From assembly GCA_038249445.1 (NCBI GenBank), contig JBBSDM010000006.1, positions 16,293-80,292 of the forward strand: DNA of 64,000 nucleotides, given 5' to 3'. The notes below the pieces were generated by a model. It had not been told where the DNA came from. It saw nothing but the letters and a program-made list of their open reading frames with translations, and ran no database searches. Position 1 is the first letter of the stretch. Every line of letters starts with the position of its first letter. Below, piece by piece: positions 58,243 to 64,000 of the stretch. Source of the DNA: Bacteroidales bacterium. Its GTDB lineage: Bacteria; Bacteroidota; Bacteroidia; Bacteroidales; Paludibacteraceae. A program made the position numbers and the translations under genes.

Positions 58243-59154
58243 ATGGATACAATTTCATCCTTCTCCGAACTCACAGCTCACCTAACCAGTGTGAATTGTC
58301 GTAAACGTATGGCTGTTGCCAACGCGGTCGATTCGCACACCTTGGATGCCGTCCTTCGTGCAGTAGATTTAGGAATAGTGGAGGCTTTTCTGATTGGTGA
58401 CGTAGCTTCTATCGAGTCACCACATTTGTTTGAGGAGCACACACTCTCGCCATTTGTACACATTATTGATAAACCTGACGTGCTCGAAGCTACTCTGGAA
58501 GCAGTGCGCATGGTAAAATCGGGTGAGGCTGATATTTTGATGAAAGGCTTGGTGAACACGGATGTGCTCTTGCGAGCCATTCTTGACAAAGAAAAAGGAA
58601 TACTTCCAGTGGGAAAGGTGCTGACCTATAATGCGGCCATGGAAATTCCCAACTATCATAAATTGGTCTTTTTTTCCGATCCGGTGGTTATTCCGTCACC
58701 TAATTTGGAGCAACGCACCGCAATGATCAAGTATGCCATTGCCACAGCTTATAAATTTGGAATTGCTAAACCCAAAGTGGCTTTGATACATGCTACCGAA
58801 ATTGCCAATCCGAGGATTCATTATATGCAGGATTACCTGGACATTATGCAAATGTGGCGCGATGGCGAATTCGGCAATGTGATTATGGATGGCCCTTTGG
58901 ATATTTTTCTAGCGTTAGATGCCGAACGTGGTGGTATAAAAAATGTACCCTCTCCCGTGCTGGGCGATGCCGATATTTTAATCTTCCCCAATTTCGAAAG
59001 TGCAAATATTTTTTACAAAGGTCTGGCACTATTTGCGGGAGCGCAAATGGGCGGGTTACTTCAGGGTACAGACAAACCGGTGGTACTCACTTCACGCAGC
59101 GAAAGCGTGGATTCTAAATTCTATAGCATCGCTATGGCGTGTGTGTTGAGTTGA
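58243..59154 (+). CDS. ptb: phosphate butyryltransferase / phosphate acyltransferase (PTA_PTB family)
   Basis: About 300 aa from MDTISSFSEL…, with …SGEADILMKGLVNTDVLLRAIL… and …PVVLTSRSES…, typical of Ptb. The track start at 58162 is upstream of the candidate promoter, so I reject it. Confidence 0.8.
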   Translation: MDTISSFSELTAHLTSVNCRKRMAVANAVDSHTLDAVLRAVDLGIVEAFLIGDVASIESPHLFEEHTLSPFVHIIDKPDVLEATLEAVRMVKSGEADILMKGLVNTDVLLRAILDKEKGILPVGKVLTYNAAMEIPNYHKLVFFSDPVVIPSPNLEQRTAMIKYAIATAYKFGIAKPKVALIHATEIANPRIHYMQDYLDIMQMWRDGEFGNVIMDGPLDIFLALDAERGGIKNVPSPVLGDADILIFPNFESANIFYKGLALFAGAQMGGLLQGTDKPVVLTSRSESVDSKFYSIAMACVLS

Positions 59155-59201
59155 TGGGTTACTTCGTTAGTTAATAATTTGGAGCTTTTTAAATTTTCAC
59201 C

Positions 59202-60341
59202 CTATTCTTCCCTCCTCAAAAACTCCACCATTTTCACGGCAGCACGTTTAGCGGTTCCGGGTTCGCCCAGTGCTTTTTTTATTTCGGAATAATCGTTCAG
59301 CATGGTTTGGCGGTAGGTGGGGTTGTTTAGGATTAGATTCAGTTCTGTCGCAATATTTTTTGGGGTGAATAAATGGGCCAACAGTTCTTTTACCACCAAT
59401 TTGCCCGCCACAATATTTACCAGCGATACAAAGCCAGTACGGACAACCATTTCCTTTATCAAATAGCCAAATCTGCCTGCAGGTAAGTGATAAACCACCA
59501 CTTCGGGTGTCCCTATCAATGCGGTTTCGAGTGTTGCGGTGCCAGAGTTGACCACGGCGGCTGCCGCTTGTTGCAGCAGTTCGTAGGTTTTTCCAACCAC
59601 TATCAATACGTTTCTATCTTTCAATATCGAATTATATAAAGCTATGTCAATGCCGGGTGCACCTGCTATGATTACCTGATAGTCGGGGAAGCGCAGGCCT
59701 GCTTCTACCATTCGGGGCAAGCAACCCACAATTTCTTGTTTCCGGCTTCCGGCAAGCAGCGCAATAATTGGTTTGCGGGACAAATTGTTTTCGGTGCAAA
59801 AATCGGTAAAGCTTTGCTCTTGATGGGGGCGGGTGCATACCGAGTCCACCGATGGGTTGCCAACATATTCCACCTTGTAATTATGCTTGGCATAAAAAGC
59901 TGTTTCGAACGGAAAAATGGTAAACATTTTGTCCACGTAACGCTTAATTTCTTTGATGCGGTATTCTTTCCATGCCCATAGCTTGGGCGAAATGTAGTAG
60001 TACACTTTAGTGTCGGCAAGTTGCTCTTTTACATAGCGAGCCATTCGAAGGTTGAAGCTCGGATAATCGACTAAAATAAGTACGTCGGGTTGAAAATCGG
60101 TAATGGCTAGTTTGCAATCACGCATATTTTGCAATACGGTACGCGCATTTTTTAATACGGCCACTATGCCCATAAACGCCATGTTGCGGTAGTGCTTAAT
60201 CATTTTACCACCATGCGCCTGCATAAGGTCACCACCCAGAAAGCAAAACTCAGCCTGGGCATCTGCTATCCGTAGTTCGCGCATTAAATTGGAAGCGTGT
60301 AAATCGCCCGACGCCTCACCGGCAATGATAAAATATCTCAT
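59202..60341 (-). CDS. lpxB: lipid-A-disaccharide synthase
   Basis: MRYFIIAGEASGDLHASNLM… is the canonical LpxB N-terminus (~380 aa). The track's upstream extension is rejected. Confidence 0.9.
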   Translation of the reverse strand: MRYFIIAGEASGDLHASNLMRELRIADAQAEFCFLGGDLMQAHGGKMIKHYRNMAFMGIVAVLKNARTVLQNMRDCKLAITDFQPDVLILVDYPSFNLRMARYVKEQLADTKVYYYISPKLWAWKEYRIKEIKRYVDKMFTIFPFETAFYAKHNYKVEYVGNPSVDSVCTRPHQEQSFTDFCTENNLSRKPIIALLAGSRKQEIVGCLPRMVEAGLRFPDYQVIIAGAPGIDIALYNSILKDRNVLIVVGKTYELLQQAAAAVVNSGTATLETALIGTPEVVVYHLPAGRFGYLIKEMVVRTGFVSLVNIVAGKLVVKELLAHLFTPKNIATELNLILNNPTYRQTMLNDYSEIKKALGEPGTAKRAAVKMVEFLRREE

Positions 60342-60476
60342 AATTAAAAACCCCAAACCCCTGAAGGGGCTAAAGACCAAGTTTATACATGTAATAACTA
60401 AAAATCGGTTTTGTATTTATAGATGACTGTAAACAGTTTCCCCTTTAGTGCTTGCTACTTACCGCTTACTGCTGAA

Positions 60477-60761
60477 CTACAGCATAAAAATACACGCAAT
60501 AAAATAAGGCATGGCAGCTGTAAGTACGCCGGTAGCAATTTTAAAACTATCGAACTTATAAAAAACAAAAACAAGTCCTAAGTTGGGCATAACCGACAGC
60601 AGTAGTATTTTGCCCAGCAAAATACTTGGGTAAAGTTGTTTCAATATTTCCCAAAAAGAGAAATAGCTCGGATAGAATTTTAGCAGATATGCCCACATAA
60701 AGAGTATCGGAAGTAGCACTCCCGGTAAAAATCCATATAGAAAATGATTGAAACGTTTCAT
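60477..60761 (-). CDS. small integral membrane protein of unknown function
   Basis: 94 aa with three hydrophobic segments, wedged between surE and lpxB on the same strand. Confidence 0.45.
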   Translation of the reverse strand: MKRFNHFLYGFLPGVLLPILFMWAYLLKFYPSYFSFWEILKQLYPSILLGKILLLSVMPNLGLVFVFYKFDSFKIATGVLTAAMPYFIACIFML

Positions 60762-60817
60762 GCTGGTTTATTTGTTGATTGGGAATTGTTTATCACGTAC
60801 GTACTGCTTGCTGCTGT

Positions 60818-61576
60818 TCAAAATTCCCAGCCTCGAACCTCATCCATTGCCTGATAGGCCGTCATGTCAATTTTGGTAGGCACTATGGAAATATAATCCT
60901 GACTCAATGCCCATTCGTCCGTATCAGCAGCATCGGGTTCGTGATTTTCAAAGTTGCCTGTTAGCCAAAAATAAGATCGTCCCTGAGGGTCTGTGCGCTT
61001 CGCAAATTCTTTGGTCCACTTTCCGTCGCACTGGCGCGATACGCGTATTCCTGCAATTTCGCCCATCGGCGCATTCACGTTCAGACAGGTGGCGTGAGGT
61101 AATCCGTTTTGAAGTGCCAATTTGGTTATTTGGGTAATGTACGATTCGAAGATGGTGAAATCGGCATCCAACGAGTGATTACACAGTGAGAATCCTATTG
61201 ATAAAATTCCATTTTCACAACCCTCCAAAACGGCTCCCATTGTACCCGAATAGATCACATTTATGGCCGCATTGGAACCATGATTGATACCCGAAACCAA
61301 TAGATCGGGCTTGCGGTCAAGCACTTCGTTCAGTGCCAGTTTTACACAGTCGGTTGGAGTTCCGGTACATGAATACCGCACCAGACCAGCTGTTTCTTCA
61401 ATTTTCTTAAACCGAATAGGGTGCGTAACCGTTAGCGCATTGGACTGGGCAGAGCGTGCCCCATCGGGTGCCATCACCACTACGTCGCCAATTTCGCACA
61501 TCAAACGTGTCAGTACTTCTATTCCTTTTGCATCAGCACCATCATCGTTTGTAATTAATATCAATGGATTTTCCAT
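60818..61576 (-). CDS. surE: 5'/3'-nucleotidase SurE
   Basis: ILITNDDGADAKGI… is followed by …SGINHGSNAAINVIYSGTMGAV…, the SurE signature. Confidence 0.95.
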   Translation of the reverse strand: MENPLILITNDDGADAKGIEVLTRLMCEIGDVVVMAPDGARSAQSNALTVTHPIRFKKIEETAGLVRYSCTGTPTDCVKLALNEVLDRKPDLLVSGINHGSNAAINVIYSGTMGAVLEGCENGILSIGFSLCNHSLDADFTIFESYITQITKLALQNGLPHATCLNVNAPMGEIAGIRVSRQCDGKWTKEFAKRTDPQGRSYFWLTGNFENHEPDAADTDEWALSQDYISIVPTKIDMTAYQAMDEVRGWEF

Positions 61577-61607
61577 ATTTTATGTTTGTTATAATACTTA
61601 ATGCTTC

Positions 61608-61710
61608 TTGTTGGTTTGGTTGGTCAGCATCTAAACCATTTTTCAATCAACCAATTCCTAATTAATCAATTATCCAACTAACCAACTAACCAATCAGCCA
61701 ATTAACCAAT
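61608..61710. repeat. low-complexity TTGGT / ACCAA(C/T)TAA repeat tract between gldF and surE
   Basis: TTGTTGGTTTGGTTGGTC at 61608-61625 faces a ~65-nt run of the complementary motif at 61644-61710 (CAATCAACCAATTCC…TCCAACTAACCAACTAACCAATCAGCCAATTAACCAAT). Confidence 0.6.
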
Positions 61711-61712
61711 AT

Positions 61713-62435
61713 CTAAAATCTAATTTTTCGTACCGTTGTCAAAATAAAAACAACACTTACGCCCACAAAATAAAGCACATCGCGTGAGTCGATAACGCCT
61801 CTGCTCATTGATTTATAATGATAGTTGATACCAATACTTTCCAGGTATTGTATTGTTTGTCCCGAGGTAAAAAAGCTTGCCAGTAAATCGAATCCGTAGT
61901 AAAAGAAGAAACTCAGTACCAGAGCCACAACAAATGAAATGATTTGATTGTTGGAAAGCGAGGAGGCAAAAGTGCCGATAGCAACATTTATTGCCGCCAA
62001 AAAGAAAAGTCCGATAAACGATCCCCAGAAAGCTCCCGAATCAATATTCCCAACGGGTTCGGCCAGATAATAAACTGAAAAATAGTAGATCAAGGTGGGT
62101 AATAATGCCAATGCCACTAAAGTACATCCTGCAAAATACTTGCCGAGTACCAGTTGAAGTCTGCTGAGTGGTTTCGTCACCAGTAATTCCCATGTTCCGG
62201 TCTGTTTTTCTTCTGCAAAAAGTCGCATAGTCACTGCAGGACAAAGAAAAAGGAATAGCCATGGTGCGAGGTAAAATAAACCGTCTACATTTGCATAACC
62301 AGCTTCGATTATGTTATATTGTCCGGGAATTACCCAGAGAAAAAGACCAGTCAGCAACAAAAAAATACCGATAACAATATAGCCAGTTGCATTACTAAAA
62401 AAAGAACGTAATTCTTTTCGGAAAATAGAAATCAT
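61713..62435 (-). CDS. gldF: gliding-motility-associated ABC transporter permease GldF
   Basis: 240 aa with six TM segments. The motifs …FAEEKQTGTWELL… and …YHYKSMSRGVIDSRDVLYFV… match my recollection of GldF. Confidence 0.75.
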   Translation of the reverse strand: MISIFRKELRSFFSNATGYIVIGIFLLLTGLFLWVIPGQYNIIEAGYANVDGLFYLAPWLFLFLCPAVTMRLFAEEKQTGTWELLVTKPLSRLQLVLGKYFAGCTLVALALLPTLIYYFSVYYLAEPVGNIDSGAFWGSFIGLFFLAAINVAIGTFASSLSNNQIISFVVALVLSFFFYYGFDLLASFFTSGQTIQYLESIGINYHYKSMSRGVIDSRDVLYFVGVSVVFILTTVRKIRF

Positions 62436-62465
62436 ATTTTTGTATTCAAGTATAAATAAATAGGA

Positions 62466-64000
62466 CTACAGCTCCAATGGATTTACTTCGTCCACCAACA
62501 GCGGCATTTCGTCGGTATCAATTCCATTCTCAACCAAATAATGACGGTCAACGGCAAAGTATGCCAAAAACTGATCCCAGTTGTTTTGCAATAATTCCAG
62601 ACTTTTACGATAATAACTTACCGTTTCGGGATATTTATGGGTACACCATGCAATATGACCGGCGTTTAAAAAGTCGTGAGCGGTTGGTTCTTTCTCAATA
62701 AGTTTTTGAACATAATAATCGGCTTTGGCAATGTTCCCCGATACAAATGCACACCAGGTTATGGCTCGCCACACTTTTGGGTTGTCACCTTGCTCTGCAT
62801 CAAGCCTGAAGTAGATGCTCAGCGCTTCCTTATATTTTTTCAACTCCATATAGCAATGTCCGATTTGTAATAACACCGACCATTGGTTGGACTTCAGAAA
62901 ATTAACGTGCTGATAGTATTGCAACGCTTTCTCATAATTACCAGACAGTCGATAGCAAAGTGCCATTTTTCGGATCGTCCATACATCGTCGGGCTGAATG
63001 ATATCTGCTTTAACATAAGCATTCAGTGCATCAGTCAGTTGAGAAGTCTGTTGGTAGGAGTAGCCAATTTTTTGATAGATGGCAGCCGACGGTTTTACTT
63101 CTTTTATTATATTTTCAAATAGCTCTATGGCTTGTGTGTAGTGGCTTTTGGAGAAATAATACTCTGCAATAGCCATTTTAAAATCATTGTCGCCAGCCAA
63201 AATGTCGAACAAAAAAGTGCGGTGCATCGACAGGCAAAAAGTGAACATGTCAAAGAACTCGGTATGCTGTGGATGCAACTTAAAGAAGCGAAAAAGATCC
63301 TGAATGTATTGTTTAGAAAGGTTTTTTGCCATCAAATCGGGAGTCAGCAAAGCTTCGTCTTTGGCCATTTCATCCAGTTGCTCCGATTCCATGGTGAAAG
63401 ATTGTTTCAGCATTGCACGTTGTACTTCGGGCATTTGTAGTATGCTCAGGCAAAACGAGTATTTGTCGGAGTTACACATTACTGCATTCGTTTCAAACGC
63501 GGAAAAAAGTGTGCGGTCATCTTTTTTAAACAGTTCATTAACCGAAGAAAAATGCCCATCGAAAGGCAAGAACCAGTTTGAAATATCGGCGAAAAACGTG
63601 AAGTTTTTGAGCATCGAAAAGGTGCTCATATATACGTCTGCACCTTGCATTTGCAATTCGCTAAGTTCTTTTAATTTGTCGGTAACACCGCTTTTTTCGA
63701 GCATTTCTTCCCATGCCGGATTCTCTTCAGTCCATTCTTCGGCATTCAATAGGTTGTCGGTGTTCATTTTGTCCTTCAGCAGCGGACTTATTTTCATCAT
63801 TTCCGGAAGAATTTCTTCCTGCATTTTCTTCGAAATTTTTTCAGTTTCGGCGGTAGCAATGATCTGAATGATGATGTTTTGAAAATTATCGACAATATGA
63901 TTATCGTCGGCTAGTAAAACTAATCGGTTGCGGATGGCAGGAAAATAAACAAGAAAACGATTGTATCTTGCCAAAATGAAACCCAGTCCCACCAAGGCGC
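62466..64000 (-). CDS. TPR-repeat protein (5' end probably beyond the window)
   Basis: The C-terminal ~250 aa contain repeated TPR-like helices (…AIELFENII…AIYQKIGYSYQQ…ALNAYVKA…, …KALQYYQHV…IGHCYMELKKYKEALSIY…). The frame is still open at base 64000, and the track 'start' at 63995 is only a TTG. Confidence 0.7.
   Translation of the reverse strand, partial: ALVGLGFILARYNRFLVYFPAIRNRLVLLADDNHIVDNFQNIIIQIIATAETEKISKKMQEEILPEMMKISPLLKDKMNTDNLLNAEEWTEENPAWEEMLEKSGVTDKLKELSELQMQGADVYMSTFSMLKNFTFFADISNWFLPFDGHFSSVNELFKKDDRTLFSAFETNAVMCNSDKYSFCLSILQMPEVQRAMLKQSFTMESEQLDEMAKDEALLTPDLMAKNLSKQYIQDLFRFFKLHPQHTEFFDMFTFCLSMHRTFLFDILAGDNDFKMAIAEYYFSKSHYTQAIELFENIIKEVKPSAAIYQKIGYSYQQTSQLTDALNAYVKADIIQPDDVWTIRKMALCYRLSGNYEKALQYYQHVNFLKSNQWSVLLQIGHCYMELKKYKEALSIYFRLDAEQGDNPKVWRAITWCAFVSGNIAKADYYVQKLIEKEPTAHDFLNAGHIAWCTHKYPETVSYYRKSLELLQNNWDQFLAYFAVDRHYLVENGIDTDEMPLLVDEVNPLEL

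Overview
This is a chromosomal segment of a Bacteroidota genome. That assignment is an inference from the SusC/SusD pair, the T9SS genes (sprA, plug, gldF), a T9SS C-terminal sorting domain, TAnnTTTG-type -7 boxes and grpE-dnaJ without dnaK. It holds about 40 intact protein genes and one heavily decayed pseudogene. I saw no rRNA, tRNA, CRISPR, transposase, integrase, phage or recognisable defence genes. Layout: (1) 1-21.4 kb holds housekeeping and envelope genes: a radical-SAM/TIGR03915 DNA-repair cassette, a small exported R/D/N/Y-rich protein, a T9SS plug-like protein, lysC, putA, ybaK, an exported Fe/Mn SOD, ruvA, the ~2500-aa T9SS translocon sprA and grpE-dnaJ. (2) 21.5-42.8 kb is a LacI-type alpha-glucan/maltodextrin utilisation locus: T9SS-sorted GH13, double esterase, GH13, SusF/SusE-like lipoproteins, susD and susC, divergent from lacI, MFS, GH65 and GH13. 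Two copies of one 14-bp palindromic operator tie it together. (3) 42.9-64 kb is mixed: a DUF4153-like membrane protein, a DMP19/DUF4375-like protein, an XRE-cupin regulator plus acyl-CoA ligase, S41 peptidase, coaD, lytic transglycosylase, an OM beta-barrel, argS, a lipoprotein, a dead DUF2723 gene, ptb, lpxB, surE, gldF and a TPR protein. I do not see a clear, self-contained novel multi-gene system. The most promising unexplained items are: the two unknown-function genes appended to the maltodextrin operon (42856-45201); the internally duplicated esterase inside the starch locus; the nested palindrome cluster at 9286-9469; the localised decay of the DUF2723 gene; and the radical-SAM/TIGR03915 cassette at the left edge. 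All family assignments come from reading the translated ORFs and recalling family motifs. No database search was run.
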